Shown here in pieces: positions 47,421 to 57,659 of a stretch of DNA of 64,000 nucleotides; within the stretch, counting starts at the first letter, position 1, and each line of letters opens with the position of its first letter. The translations under genes were made by a program, and so were the position numbers. The DNA is from Candidatus Eiseniibacteriota bacterium (GTDB lineage: Bacteria; Orphanbacterota; Orphanbacteria; Orphanbacterales; Orphanbacteraceae): NCBI GenBank assembly GCA_043809585.1, contig JBDROZ010000039.1, positions 76,577 through 140,576 on the forward strand. Direction: 5' to 3'. A model generated the notes under the pieces. It had not been told where the DNA came from, did no database searches, and saw only the letters and a list, made by a program, of their open reading frames with translations.

Positions 47421-48377
47421 TCAGGCCGCGGAGATGGAGAGGGCGGTCCGGTCCAGCCGGGCGATGAGGAGACCCTGCACGGCGACGGGGTCGAACTGGG
47501 TCCCGGAACAGGCGAGGATCTCCCGGATGGTGACCCGGTGGTCCGACGGGGGCCGGTAGGGGCGAGCGCTCGTCATGGCGTCGTAGGCATCCGCGACGGC
47601 GAGGACCCGGGCCAGAGGGGGGATCCGGTCCCCGGTGAGGCCTTCGGGGTAGCCGCGGCCGTCGAAACGCTCATGATGGTGCCGCACCATGCCCCGGATC
47701 TCCGGATCGGCGGGATGGCTCTCGACGATCCGGGAACCCCAGACCGTGTGGGCCTTCATGTCGGCCCACTCCTCGGGCCGGAGCCGCCCACACTTGGTGA
47801 GCAGGCCGGCGCGCACCCGGATCTTGCCGACGTCATGGACCCAACCGCCGACCCGGAGGAGGCGGATCTCGGGAGAAGTCATCTCCAGGGCTTCGCCGAT
47901 GCGGGCCGCGAAGAGGCCGACCCGGAAGGAGTGATCCCGGATCGCCGGGTCCCGCCGGGCGAGTTCCCGGAAGATCGTGTCGAGGCGGGAAAGAAAGTGC
48001 CGGTGGCGGCCGTCCATTTCCTCTTCGAAGCGGGCGTCGATCCATGCTCCGTACCGCTCGATGTCATCCCCCTCGAGGGTGAGCCTGAGGCGGAGCGCGA
48101 CGAGGAGAAGCCGCCACCGGTCACAGTGGTCTTCGGTGGTGCCGGACCCTTCGTGGAACGGGACGACCATGGGACCCCGGCCGGGGGGCCGGTGCGGGAT
48201 CGGCGCCGTCCCCTCGCCGCGGAGGTAGCCGGCCAAGTAGGCGATATCGCCCCCCTCGACCCGCTCCCGGGCCCGGCGGAGGTCGCCCACGACCTCCACG
48301 GGGAGGCCGAGGCGGCGGCACCGGAGGCGGAGCCAGTCGGCCACCTCACGCTTCGGTTCGACGGCCACCAGGGTCAT
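47421..48377 (-). CDS. HD-GYP domain c-di-GMP phosphodiesterase
   Basis: HS.RV, HDVGKI, HHERFDGRGYP, ADAYDAMTSARPYR, GTQFDP. Confidence 0.9.
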   Translation of the reverse strand: MTLVAVEPKREVADWLRLRCRRLGLPVEVVGDLRRARERVEGGDIAYLAGYLRGEGTAPIPHRPPGRGPMVVPFHEGSGTTEDHCDRWRLLLVALRLRLTLEGDDIERYGAWIDARFEEEMDGRHRHFLSRLDTIFRELARRDPAIRDHSFRVGLFAARIGEALEMTSPEIRLLRVGGWVHDVGKIRVRAGLLTKCGRLRPEEWADMKAHTVWGSRIVESHPADPEIRGMVRHHHERFDGRGYPEGLTGDRIPPLARVLAVADAYDAMTSARPYRPPSDHRVTIREILACSGTQFDPVAVQGLLIARLDRTALSISAA

Positions 48378-48453
48378 GAACGAAAGCTCCTGTCTTCACG
48401 TAAAATAGCAGCGAATTGACGTATATAAAGTAATCATTGATGTTACGGAGCGG

Positions 48454-48483
48454 AGTGTAGTCGGAGAGGCGGAGGGGCGTCAA
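48454..48483 (-). promoter_or_regulatory. Probable promoter for the HD-GYP gene
   Basis: Minus strand TTGACG-N18-TACACT in an AT-rich intergenic region. Confidence 0.5.
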
Positions 48484-48500
48484 GAAAAAAAACAGGCCCC

Positions 48501-49931
48501 TCACCCCTCTTCCTCTTCCGCCAGTGTGAAGGCCGGGGGGACCGTCCCGTTCTCGAGAATCTCCTTCGACGGGAGCTCCTCGAAGGGGGTCGGGTAGTCG
48601 CCGCTGAAGCAGGCCGTGCAGTAGCCGAGGCCTTCGGGCGCGGCCCGATGCAGGCCCTCGAGGGAGAGGTAGGCGATGTCGTCGACCCGGAGATAGCGGC
48701 CGATCTCCTCCACCGAGTGGGTCGAGCCGATCAGTTCCCCCCGGGTCGGCGTGTCGATCCCGTAGAAGCAGGGGAAACGGATCGGCGGCGAGCTGATCCG
48801 GAGGATCACGTCCTTCGCCCCCGCCTTCCGGATCATCTTCACCAGCTTGCGCATGGTGGTTCCCCGGACGATCGAGTCGTCCACCACCACCACCCGCTTC
48901 CCTTCGAGCACGTCCCTCACGGCGTTGAACTTCACCCGCACCCGGAGATCCCGGAGGTGCTGCACCGGCTGGATGAAGGTCCGCCCGACGTAATGGTTCC
49001 GGATGAGGCCCATCTCGAAGCGGATGCCGGACCGCTCGGCGAATCCCAGAGCGGCGGAGTTCGAGGAGTCGGGAACGCTGATCACGATGTCCGCGTCCGC
49101 CGGGCTCTCTTCGGCGAGGATCCGGCCGAGGCGGCGGCGGACCGGATCGACGGGGTGCCCGAAAATGACCGAATCGGGCCGGGAGAAGTAAATGTACTCG
49201 AAAATGCAATGGCGCGGTTCCGGCTCGCCGTCGACCGGCATGGAGCGGAGGTTGCCGTTCTCGACGATCAGCATCTCCCCGGCGCCGATCTCCCGCTCGT
49301 ACGCGGCCCCCAAGAGATCGAGGGCGCACGACTCGGAGGCGACGATGATGCCCCCGCCCAGACGGCCGAAACAGAGGGGACGATACCCGTGGGGGTCCCG
49401 GGCGGCGATCAGGGTGCGCCCGTCGGTGAGGACCAGCGAGTAGGCCCCCTTCACGGTGCGGAGCGCGTCTTGCACGCGGTCGACGAGGGTCTTCCGGCGG
49501 GACCGGGCGATGAGGTGGACGATCACCTCCGTGTCCATGGAGGTCTGGAAGATCGCCCCCTCCTCCTCGAGCCGTTGCCTTTCCGCCCAAGCGTTCACCA
49601 GATTGCCGTTGTGGGCGAGGGCGATGACGCCCCCCATGCAGTGGGAGACGAGGGGCTGGAGATTGTCCGCGCTGCACGAGCCTGTCGTGGAATACCGGTT
49701 GTGGCCGACGGCGAGATCCCCCGGGAGCCGCGCGAGCCCGTCCTGGTCGAAGATGTCCGAGACGAGGCCGAGCCCCCGGAGCATTCCGTGGCGTCCGGCG
49801 TCGAAGGCGACGATCCCCGCCCCCTCCTGCCCCCGATGCTGCAGGGAGTAGAGGCCGAAATAAGCGAGTTCCGACGCGTTCTCCACGCCGGCGATGCCGA
49901 TGACCCCGCACTCCTCGCGCCACGATTTCAC
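48501..49931 (-). CDS. purF: Amidophosphoribosyltransferase
   Basis: REECGVIG, LQHRGQE, GHNRYST, CIFEYIYFSRPDS, VDDSIVRGTT. Confidence 0.97.
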   Translation of the reverse strand: MKSWREECGVIGIAGVENASELAYFGLYSLQHRGQEGAGIVAFDAGRHGMLRGLGLVSDIFDQDGLARLPGDLAVGHNRYSTTGSCSADNLQPLVSHCMGGVIALAHNGNLVNAWAERQRLEEEGAIFQTSMDTEVIVHLIARSRRKTLVDRVQDALRTVKGAYSLVLTDGRTLIAARDPHGYRPLCFGRLGGGIIVASESCALDLLGAAYEREIGAGEMLIVENGNLRSMPVDGEPEPRHCIFEYIYFSRPDSVIFGHPVDPVRRRLGRILAEESPADADIVISVPDSSNSAALGFAERSGIRFEMGLIRNHYVGRTFIQPVQHLRDLRVRVKFNAVRDVLEGKRVVVVDDSIVRGTTMRKLVKMIRKAGAKDVILRISSPPIRFPCFYGIDTPTRGELIGSTHSVEEIGRYLRVDDIAYLSLEGLHRAAPEGLGYCTACFSGDYPTPFEELPSKEILENGTVPPAFTLAEEEEG

Positions 49932-50476
49932 CTTGCGGACACCTCCCCGGATCCCGACGCGGGCTCCACCTCGTAATCTTGGAAATGGGGGTTCACGAGG
50001 AGGCCTCCTTTCGGCCCGGTCGTCACGGCGAGCGCTTCCGCCCGGGCGAGGGCCTCGTCCCCGCCGACGCCCCGCAGCCGCATCACCCACAGGGTCGCGT
50101 AACGGATCTCTTCGAGGCCGCCCAGTCGGTAGCGGGTCTCGAGAGTCTCCCTCGCCACCTCCCCTTCCAGGTCTTCCCGGCCCCGGACGGTCAGGAGGAC
50201 CGCCTCTCCGGTCCACCCGGACCGGTAATCCTCGGTGAACCGGAAGGTGTGCTTGTTCGGATTCACGAAGAGGTTCGACTCGCGGACGAGCCGCTCCAAT
50301 TCCACCCGGAACCCCGCCTCCCCCCGATGGCGGAACTCCCAGAGATCGGCCTGGTCGATCCTCTCGAGCGCGTCCCCCCCCGCGACGCGGCGGCGCAGGG
50401 TCTATTCGGCGGTCAGCGCCGTCAGGCCCCTCGCCCGCAGGCTGACGAGCAGGTAGAGTCTCTTCGCCCCGCTCAT
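49928..50476 (-). CDS. purS: Tandem-domain PurS-like subunit with an in-frame TAG at codon 25 (50402-50404)
   Basis: Lies between purQ and purF with overlapping start/stop codons at both ends; two PurS-like halves ending LFVNPNKH and LLVNPHFQ; the frame is continuous across the TAG. Confidence 0.7.
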
Positions 50477-51297
50477 GGCCGTCCTCCCTCCTTCACCGCG
50501 GCGGCGAAGGCGTCGATGACCGCCCGCCCGGGTCCGGGGGCGAACAGGTCTTCCGGACCGGCGGCCGCCCCCTTCCTCTCCCCCCACGGCCCCGGAAGAT
50601 CGTCGGGGACGTGGTGCAGGTGAAGAGCCCTCTCCGGGTGGGGCATCATGGCGACCACGTTCCCCTCCCGGTTGGAGATCGCCGCGGCGGCGAAGGTCGA
50701 ACCGTTCGGGCAGAGGGGGAATTCCTCCGCCGTCTCCCCGCCCGGAGAGGCGTACCGGAGGACCACCTGCCCCGCCTCGAGGAGGGCGGGGAAGAGACCG
50801 GGGTCCTTCGAAACGAACCGCCCCTCGCCATGGGCGACGGGGAGCGGGATCGTCTCGCCGTCACCGAGGACCCGCCCGAGGAAGGAACCCTTTCCCGTGT
50901 GCGCCACGTGGACCCAGGCGCAGTGGTAGCCGGTCCGGTGGGGTATCCGGTTCGGCGCGAGGGCCGCCTCGACCGCGTCCGGCTTCATCCCCGGCACGAG
51001 GCCGGACTCGACGAGGATCTGGGCGCCGTTGCAGATGCCGAGGACCGGCATGCCCCGGGCCGCCGCCTCGGCCATGACGTCCATCACCGGTTCCCGGGAG
51101 GCGATGACGCCCCCCCGCACGCGGTCCTGGTAAGAGAAACCGCCGGGGAGCACGAACCCGCCGTAGCGGTCCAAGAGATCCTCCGTCCGGTTCCACGGGG
51201 CGATCTCGGCCTCCAACCCCGCCTCCCGGAGGGCTCGAACCGTTTCGAATTCGCAGTTGACGCCGGGGAACTGGATGACCGCCGCCCGCGCTTCCAT
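50473..51297 (-). CDS. purQ: FGAM synthase glutaminase subunit
   Basis: FPGVNCE, PGGFSY.D, GICNG, AHGEG, MMPHPER. Confidence 0.96.
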   Translation of the reverse strand: MEARAAVIQFPGVNCEFETVRALREAGLEAEIAPWNRTEDLLDRYGGFVLPGGFSYQDRVRGGVIASREPVMDVMAEAAARGMPVLGICNGAQILVESGLVPGMKPDAVEAALAPNRIPHRTGYHCAWVHVAHTGKGSFLGRVLGDGETIPLPVAHGEGRFVSKDPGLFPALLEAGQVVLRYASPGGETAEEFPLCPNGSTFAAAAISNREGNVVAMMPHPERALHLHHVPDDLPGPWGERKGAAAGPEDLFAPGPGRAVIDAFAAAVKEGGRP

Positions 51298-51300
51298 GGC

Positions 51301-53616
51301 CTACACCCCCGTGAAGAAGGGGGAGAGAGCGCCGCGCCTCGCCCCGCCGATTCTATCTCGCTCGAGAAGGAGGACGACCTCCCCCTCCCGCCTCACCGTG
51401 AGCCGTCCATCCGCCGTCGTCTCCCCGACCGGGAAGACGGGGACGCCGGCCATCCGGAGACGGGCCATCACGGTCCCCTGTCCCTCGAGGGGGACTTCGA
51501 GGAGGAATCCCCCCGACTCGGAGAAGAGCCGCTCCGCGACGCCGAGCTCCCGGCCGAAGGCGTCGATCGCGACGGCCGCGCCGGCGGACCGGTCCCTCGC
51601 GCCGTCCACCATCTCGGCGAGCGCGACCAGGAAGCCCCCCTCTCCGATGTCGTGGGCGGCCCGCACCCGCCCCTCCCCGACGAGACGACTGACTCCGTGG
51701 ATCGCCCCTCGCTCCTGCTCATACCGGATCCGGGGGGGGCGCGCGCCGAGGAGACCGAGGACCTCCCGGGCGAAGAGGGAACCTCCCAGATCGTCGTAGC
51801 GCTCGCCGACGAGGAGGATCCGACTCCCCGTTTTTTTCAGGCCCAGCGTGGCGGCCCGGGAGGCGTCTTCGATGCGGCCGAGGAGGCATAGGATGGGAGA
51901 GGGCGCGATCGCCCGCCCCCGGGAGGACTGATTGTAGAAGCTGACGTTTCCGCTCACGATCGGGATCGGAAACTCGGGGCGGTCCCGGAGGCCGATCCCC
52001 TCCGCCCCCTCCCGGATCCCCCGCACCCCCTCGGTGAACTGGTGGAAGACCGCCGGGTCCTCCGGGTTCCCGTAATTGAGGCAGTCGGTCATTCCGATCG
52101 GCTCGGCGCCGACGGCGGCGAGGTTGCGCGCCCCCTCGACCACGGCGAGGGCCCCTGCCGCGCGGGGATCGAGCAGGCCGTACCACGGGTTTCCGTCGAC
52201 CGTCGACGCGAGACCCACGGCGCACCCCGGCACGGGGAGGATTACGGTCGAGTCCCCTTCGCCGGGACGGATCACGGCACGGGCCTGCACCTCCGTATCG
52301 TACGAGCGGTAGATCGGCTCCGCCGATCCGCCGTTCGGCGAGGCGAGCATGCGGAGAAGGGCCTCCCCCGGATCGCCAAGATAAGGGGCGGGGATCTCCT
52401 CGCGGGCGACCGCCGGCGCCTTCCCCTCCCGGCTTTCGAGGACGCCGCAGGTGATCGCCTCCACGCCGGCGTCGCAGAGGACCTCGCCCCCTCGCGTCAC
52501 CTTCACACGCCTCTCCTCGGTGAACCGCCCCACCACCGCCGCCCGAGCGCCCCGGTAGATCGACGGCAGCTCGTACCGCTCGTTGAAGAGGGCGAGGGTC
52601 TCTTGGGCGAAGCTCTCCGGCACGGCGAGGCCGTACCGCTCCTGGGTCTCCGAGACCAGGGCGACCCACGGGGGGAGGTCCTGGTCCTCGGCGAGGGGGA
52701 TCGCGTCGTAGTCGAGCTCCACGCCCATCCCCCCCCGGTCGGCGAGCTCCGAGGCCATGCACGAGATGCCCCCCGCGCCGAGGTCCTTGCACCCGATGGC
52801 GACGCCCTTCTCCCGGGCCCGCTCGAAGAGATCGTAAAGCGCCACGTTCAGCACCCTCTTCAAGAAGGGGTCCGCCACCTGCACCGCCCCCTTGTTCTCC
52901 TCCACGTCTGCGTCGTCCAAGACCGCCGAGGCGAGAGTGGCGCCGCCGAAACCGGTCGAGTCCGTCGGCTTCCCGATCAGGATGAAGACGTACGGCTCCT
53001 TCCGCTCCTCGGGCACGGCGCTCCGGATGACGTGGTCCTCCCGGACGAGTCCCAGGGCGACCACGTTGACCAGGCAGTTGTCGTCGTAGGAGGGATCGAA
53101 GCGGACGTCGCCGCCGAGGTTCGGAACGCCGAGGGCGTTCGCGTACATGGCGATCCCCTTCACCACCCCCCGGGCGATGTCGATGGAGCGGTAGGCGTGC
53201 TCCCCTTTCGGATCGCCGAAGCGGAGCGGGTCGAGAACGCCGATCACCTCGGCGCCCATGCAGACCACGTCCCGCACGATTCCGCCGATGCCCGTCGCCG
53301 CCCCCTCGAGGGGGACCACCTGGGATGGGTGGTTGTGGCTCTCGTGGGCGACGACGACCGCGTATTTCTTCCCCTCGTGCTCGGCGAAACGGAGGATTCC
53401 CGCGTCCTCGCCCGGTCCCATCAGGACCGTCGGGCCTTCGACGGGCAGGGTCTTCAGCGCGGTGCGGCTCGACTTGTACGAGCAGTGCTCGCTCCAGAGA
53501 ATGTCGAAGATCTGAAGCTCCACGGGGGTCGGCTCCCGGCCGAGCAGGTTCCGGACCTTCGCCTTCTCCTCGTCCGTGAGCGCCGTGGACTGCACGTATT
53601 CGGTGGTCGTCGTCAT
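51301..53616 (-). CDS. purL: FGAM synthase synthetase subunit
   Basis: WSEHCSYKSS, ESHNHPS, GAATGIGGIVRD, DLGAGG, SETQER, SGNVSFYN; start ATG 53616. Confidence 0.97.
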   Translation of the reverse strand: MTTTTEYVQSTALTDEEKAKVRNLLGREPTPVELQIFDILWSEHCSYKSSRTALKTLPVEGPTVLMGPGEDAGILRFAEHEGKKYAVVVAHESHNHPSQVVPLEGAATGIGGIVRDVVCMGAEVIGVLDPLRFGDPKGEHAYRSIDIARGVVKGIAMYANALGVPNLGGDVRFDPSYDDNCLVNVVALGLVREDHVIRSAVPEERKEPYVFILIGKPTDSTGFGGATLASAVLDDADVEENKGAVQVADPFLKRVLNVALYDLFERAREKGVAIGCKDLGAGGISCMASELADRGGMGVELDYDAIPLAEDQDLPPWVALVSETQERYGLAVPESFAQETLALFNERYELPSIYRGARAAVVGRFTEERRVKVTRGGEVLCDAGVEAITCGVLESREGKAPAVAREEIPAPYLGDPGEALLRMLASPNGGSAEPIYRSYDTEVQARAVIRPGEGDSTVILPVPGCAVGLASTVDGNPWYGLLDPRAAGALAVVEGARNLAAVGAEPIGMTDCLNYGNPEDPAVFHQFTEGVRGIREGAEGIGLRDRPEFPIPIVSGNVSFYNQSSRGRAIAPSPILCLLGRIEDASRAATLGLKKTGSRILLVGERYDDLGGSLFAREVLGLLGARPPRIRYEQERGAIHGVSRLVGEGRVRAAHDIGEGGFLVALAEMVDGARDRSAGAAVAIDAFGRELGVAERLFSESGGFLLEVPLEGQGTVMARLRMAGVPVFPVGETTADGRLTVRREGEVVLLLERDRIGGARRGALSPFFTGV

Positions 53617-54914
53617 TCCGTTTCGATCCCCGCCCGCCGGAGAAGGAAGGCGGCATGTTTCCGGTGCTTCTCGAGTCGGAAGGCGTCCCGGATCGCCTCT
53701 TCCGAGAGGTGGGCGCGGACTTCCGGGTCCCCGAGGAGGATCTCCACAAGGTCGCCCCCCTCCTCGAGGGCGGCCAGGGCGTGGGCCTGCACGAGGCCGT
53801 ACGCCTCCTTCCGGGTCAGCCCCTTGCGTGCCAGGGCGAGGAGAACCGCCTGGGCGCCCCATCCGGTGCGGGAGGATTCCAGGTTCTCCGCCACCCGCTT
53901 CTCGTCGATGCGGAGGTCCCGGATCACTTCGGTGAACTTGAAGAGCATGTAGTCGGCGAGGGCCGTCGCGTCGGGCAGGATCACGCGCTCCGCCGACGAG
54001 TGGGAGATGTCCCGCTCGTGCCAGAGGGGGACGTTCTCCATCGCCGCCGCGGCGTACCCCCGGAGGAGGCGCGCCATCCCGGCGATCCGCTCGCAGACGA
54101 TCGGGTTTCTCTTGTGGGGCATCGAGGAGGAGCCCTTTTGCTTCGCCCGGAACGGCTCCTGGGCTTCCCGGACGTCGCTCTTCTGAAGCCCCCGGATCTC
54201 GGTCGCCATCTTCTCCAGGGAGGCGCCGAGGAGGGCGAGGGAAACGACGAAGAAGGCGTGCCGGTCCCGGTGAACGATCTGGCTCGCCACCGGCTCCGGC
54301 TCGACCCCGAGCTCCGCGAGCACCTCCTCCTCCAGTTCGGGGGGGTTGTGGGCGAAGGTCCCCACGGAACCGGAGAGCTTGCCCACCGCCGCCTCCTTCG
54401 CCGCCCCCCGGACCCGTGCGAGGGCCCGCTCGATCTCGAGCTTCCAGATGGCGAACTTGAGGCCGTAGGTGATCGGCTCCGCGTACATGCCGTGGGTCCG
54501 CCCGATGGCGGCGAGGTCCCTCGTCGCGGCCGCCTTCTCCCGGAGCGCCCGGGCCAGGGCGTCCCCCTGTTCCAAGATCAGGTCCGACGCCTCCCGGATC
54601 TGGAGTGCCAGGGTCGTGTCCAGGAGGTCCGACGACGTCAGGCCGAGGTGGAGCCACCGGGCGTCCGGCCCGACCGACTCCTCCACGCACTCGAGAAAGG
54701 CGATGACGTCGTGGCGGGTCACCTTCTCGATCTCGGCGATGCGCCCGGCGTCCGCCTCCGCCTTCGCCTTGATGTTCCGGACCGCCTCCTCCGGAACCTC
54801 CCCGCGGCGGGCCATCGCCTCCGCCACGGCGATCTCGATCCGGAGCCAGTGTTCGAAACGCCGCTCGTCGGTCCAGACGGCGCCGAGGGCGGGGCGTGTG
54901 TACCTCGGGATCAT
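53613..54914 (-). CDS. purB: Adenylosuccinate lyase
   Basis: MIPRY start at 54914; TRHDVIAF, GRTHG, SSSMPHKRNP, WHERDISHSS. Confidence 0.97.
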   Translation of the reverse strand: MIPRYTRPALGAVWTDERRFEHWLRIEIAVAEAMARRGEVPEEAVRNIKAKAEADAGRIAEIEKVTRHDVIAFLECVEESVGPDARWLHLGLTSSDLLDTTLALQIREASDLILEQGDALARALREKAAATRDLAAIGRTHGMYAEPITYGLKFAIWKLEIERALARVRGAAKEAAVGKLSGSVGTFAHNPPELEEEVLAELGVEPEPVASQIVHRDRHAFFVVSLALLGASLEKMATEIRGLQKSDVREAQEPFRAKQKGSSSMPHKRNPIVCERIAGMARLLRGYAAAAMENVPLWHERDISHSSAERVILPDATALADYMLFKFTEVIRDLRIDEKRVAENLESSRTGWGAQAVLLALARKGLTRKEAYGLVQAHALAALEEGGDLVEILLGDPEVRAHLSEEAIRDAFRLEKHRKHAAFLLRRAGIETE

Positions 54915-56146
54915 GGGCTCGGGTTCCTCCGGTGCGGGACCAGTTCCCGCATGCCGAGGCGGAACGGCAGGATCTCCCCCCGCCTCCAGCATTCGAGTTC
55001 GAGCGTGTCGCCGACCTGCACGCCGAAGAGGGCGCGCCGGGCCTCCTCGATGTCGTTCACCGGCTCGCCGTTCACGACGACGATCACGTCCCCCACTTCG
55101 ATCCCCGCCTCTTCCGCGGGGCTCCCCTCGTCGACATAGGTGATCAGTACGCCGTCCTGGTTGCCGAGGCGGAGCATCCGGGCCTGTCTTCCCGTGATTT
55201 CCGAGACCCGCACGCCGACCCACACCTTCCGCACCTCGCCGTACCGGACCAGTTCTTCCACGATCCGCTTCGCCGTGTTGATGGGGATCGCGAATCCGAC
55301 GCCGAGGCTGCCGCCGCTCTTGGTGAAGATGAACGTGTTGATGCCGATGACCTCCCCGGCGCCGTTCACGAGGGGTCCGCCGCTGTTCCCCGGGTTGATC
55401 GCCGCGTCGGTCTGGACCATGTCCTTGTAGATGCCCCCGCCCGCCTGTTCGGACCGGATGTCCCGGTGGATCGCGCTGATCACGCCGGCCGTGACCGACG
55501 GCTGCGTGTTGTTGAGGAGGTAACCGAAGGGATTGCCGATGGCGATCGCCCACTCGCCGATGACGAGATCGTCCGAGTCGCCGAGGGGGGCCACGGGGAG
55601 ATCCTCCCCTTCGATCTGAATGAGGGCGAGATCGTAGGAGGGATCGGTCCCGATCAGCTTCCCCTCGAACTCCCGCCCGTCGCCGAGCACCACCTCGATC
55701 TTGTCCGCCCCGTCGACCACGTGGGAGTTCGTGAGAATGTACCCTTGGGGACCGATGATGACGCCCGAGCCCATGTTCGCCACCGGCTGGGTGTACTCCC
55801 GGTAGGGGAAGAAGTCGCGGAGGAACTGGCTGAACGGATCGCTCCCGCCGCGGACGTACGGTCCCGAGCGGACCACCCGGAGCTGCCGGACCGACACGGT
55901 GACCACCGCGGGACTGATCCTTTCCGCGGAGAGGACGATGGCGTTTCGCCGCCCCGCGTCGACGCTCCGGTTCGCCTCCTCCCCCTCGGGGACGACCGCG
56001 GTCTCCCCCGGGGCGACCTCCACCGCCGGCGGGCGATCGCCCCGGAAGAGAATCAGCGTGACCACGCCGCCGACGACGAAGCAGAAGAGGAGGAGCGCCA
56101 CCGCGCGGGCAAGAGAGCCCCGCTCGTTCCCGATTCGCCTATTCAA
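54911..56146 (-). CDS. HtrA/DegP-family serine protease with one PDZ domain
   Basis: N-terminal TM; GSGVII, TNSHV, QTDAAINPGNSGGPL; single PDZ. Confidence 0.93.
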   Translation of the reverse strand: MNRRIGNERGSLARAVALLLFCFVVGGVVTLILFRGDRPPAVEVAPGETAVVPEGEEANRSVDAGRRNAIVLSAERISPAVVTVSVRQLRVVRSGPYVRGGSDPFSQFLRDFFPYREYTQPVANMGSGVIIGPQGYILTNSHVVDGADKIEVVLGDGREFEGKLIGTDPSYDLALIQIEGEDLPVAPLGDSDDLVIGEWAIAIGNPFGYLLNNTQPSVTAGVISAIHRDIRSEQAGGGIYKDMVQTDAAINPGNSGGPLVNGAGEVIGINTFIFTKSGGSLGVGFAIPINTAKRIVEELVRYGEVRKVWVGVRVSEITGRQARMLRLGNQDGVLITYVDEGSPAEEAGIEVGDVIVVVNGEPVNDIEEARRALFGVQVGDTLELECWRRGEILPFRLGMRELVPHRRNPSP

Positions 56147-56798
56147 TGGAAACCCCCAACTTCTTCCAGTCGTCCAGGAATTGCTCCACCCCCCGGTCGG
56201 TCAGGGGATGGCGGAGCATCTTCTCCACCACGCCGAAGGGGATCGTGGCGATGTGGGCCCCGGCGAGGGCCGATTCGATGACGTGAAGGGGTGTTCGGAT
56301 GCTCGCGGCGAGCACCTCCGTGGAGATGGTCATCGGATGCGTGTCGTACACGGCGACGATTTCCCGGATCAGGTCCATCCCCGGCTGGCCGATGTCGTCG
56401 AGCCGCCCGATGAAGGGGCAGACGTAGGTGGCGCCCGCCTTCGCCGCGAGAAGGGCTTGGGCGGAGGAGAAGACGAGGGTCACCGTGGTGTCGATCCCCT
56501 CCTCGGAGAGGATGCGCACCGCCAGGAGCCCTTCTTTCGTCATCGGGATCTTGACGCAGATGTTCGGGCCGATCTCCCGCAGCTTCCGTCCCTCCCGGAC
56601 GATGGTCTCGGCGTCGATCCCGAGGACCTCGGCGTTCACCGGTCCCTCCACGGCATCGCAGATACCCCTCAGCGCGGCGAAGGGATCGCCCCCCTCCTTC
56701 GCGAGGAGGGTCGGGTTCGTCGTCACGCCGTCGCAGAGCCCGAGGGCCTCCGCCTCCCGGATCTCGCCGAGCTTCGCCGAATCGACAAAGAACTTCAA
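56139..56798 (-). CDS. Transaldolase / fructose-6-phosphate aldolase family
   Basis: GVTTNPT, VKIPMT, PFIGRLDD, LAASIR, HPLTD.G. Confidence 0.93.
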   Translation of the reverse strand: MKFFVDSAKLGEIREAEALGLCDGVTTNPTLLAKEGGDPFAALRGICDAVEGPVNAEVLGIDAETIVREGRKLREIGPNICVKIPMTKEGLLAVRILSEEGIDTTVTLVFSSAQALLAAKAGATYVCPFIGRLDDIGQPGMDLIREIVAVYDTHPMTISTEVLAASIRTPLHVIESALAGAHIATIPFGVVEKMLRHPLTDRGVEQFLDDWKKLGVSIE

Positions 56799-57562
56799 AG
56801 GTCACCTCCTCCGGCGGAGAGGCCGCCGTCCGCCCCGTACTCCACCCGGGCGAGGTAGAGTCCCCGGGCGGGGGCGGTGCGCCCCGCCGCGCTCCGGTCG
56901 CGGGCTTCCAGGATCAAGGGGATCTCGTCCGGCCTCCGGGCCCCCCGGCCGATGTCGACCAACGTCCCCACTATATTACGAACCATGTGATGGACGAAGC
57001 GGTTCGCCCGGATCTCGTACCGGATCTCCCGGCCCGCCTCGGTCAGGTCCGACCGTGTCACGGCGACCCGGTTGTCCCTTCCCGCCCGGGTGGACGCGGC
57101 GAAAGAGGTCGCGTCGATCTCCCCGGAAAACCGGGCGGCCCCTTCGGCCATGGCCTCCGCCCGGAGGTCGTGATCCACTTCCCAGAGGTGCCTGCGAAGG
57201 AGAGGATCCCGGCCCCGGTGGATCCGGTAACGGTAGACCCGGCAAAGGGCGTCCCGCCTCGAGTCGAACCCCTCGGGCGCGTCCCGGACGGCGAGGACGG
57301 TCATGTCCTCCGAGAGGAGCCCCCGGAGGGCACGGAAGATCACCCCCGCCGGGAGATCCGTTTCCGCCCGGAAGTCGGCGGTCTGGCAAAGGGCGTGGAC
57401 CCCCGCATCGGTCCTCCCCGAGCCGCAGACCCGGACCGGGGCCCGGAGCACTTTTTCGAGGACCCTCTCGATCTCCCCTTGGACGGTACGCATTCCCGGC
57501 TGGACCTGCCAGCCCGCGAAATCGGTGCCGTCGTAACGGATGTCGAGACGGAAGGTTCGCAT
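56795..57562 (-). CDS. truA: tRNA pseudouridine(38-40) synthase
   Basis: YDGTDFAGWQVQ, GRTDAGVHA, MVRNIVG, TAPARGLYL. Confidence 0.96.
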   Translation of the reverse strand: MRTFRLDIRYDGTDFAGWQVQPGMRTVQGEIERVLEKVLRAPVRVCGSGRTDAGVHALCQTADFRAETDLPAGVIFRALRGLLSEDMTVLAVRDAPEGFDSRRDALCRVYRYRIHRGRDPLLRRHLWEVDHDLRAEAMAEGAARFSGEIDATSFAASTRAGRDNRVAVTRSDLTEAGREIRYEIRANRFVHHMVRNIVGTLVDIGRGARRPDEIPLILEARDRSAAGRTAPARGLYLARVEYGADGGLSAGGGDL

Positions 57563-57659
57563 GATCGTGAACGGGGCGCTCCGGAAACGGCACCAAAGGA
57601 ATCGGCCCGCCGGCGAAAGGGGGCGGGCTCCGAGTAACAGGCTGTACTCCCGTGCTATA

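Noticed and set aside
48482-48520. Intrinsic terminator after purF (T8 run on the minus strand)
   Set aside because: No convincing stem precedes the T run.
50402-50404. Genome-wide TAG reassignment
   Set aside because: mreB, radC, rodA and purL end at TAG at their expected lengths.
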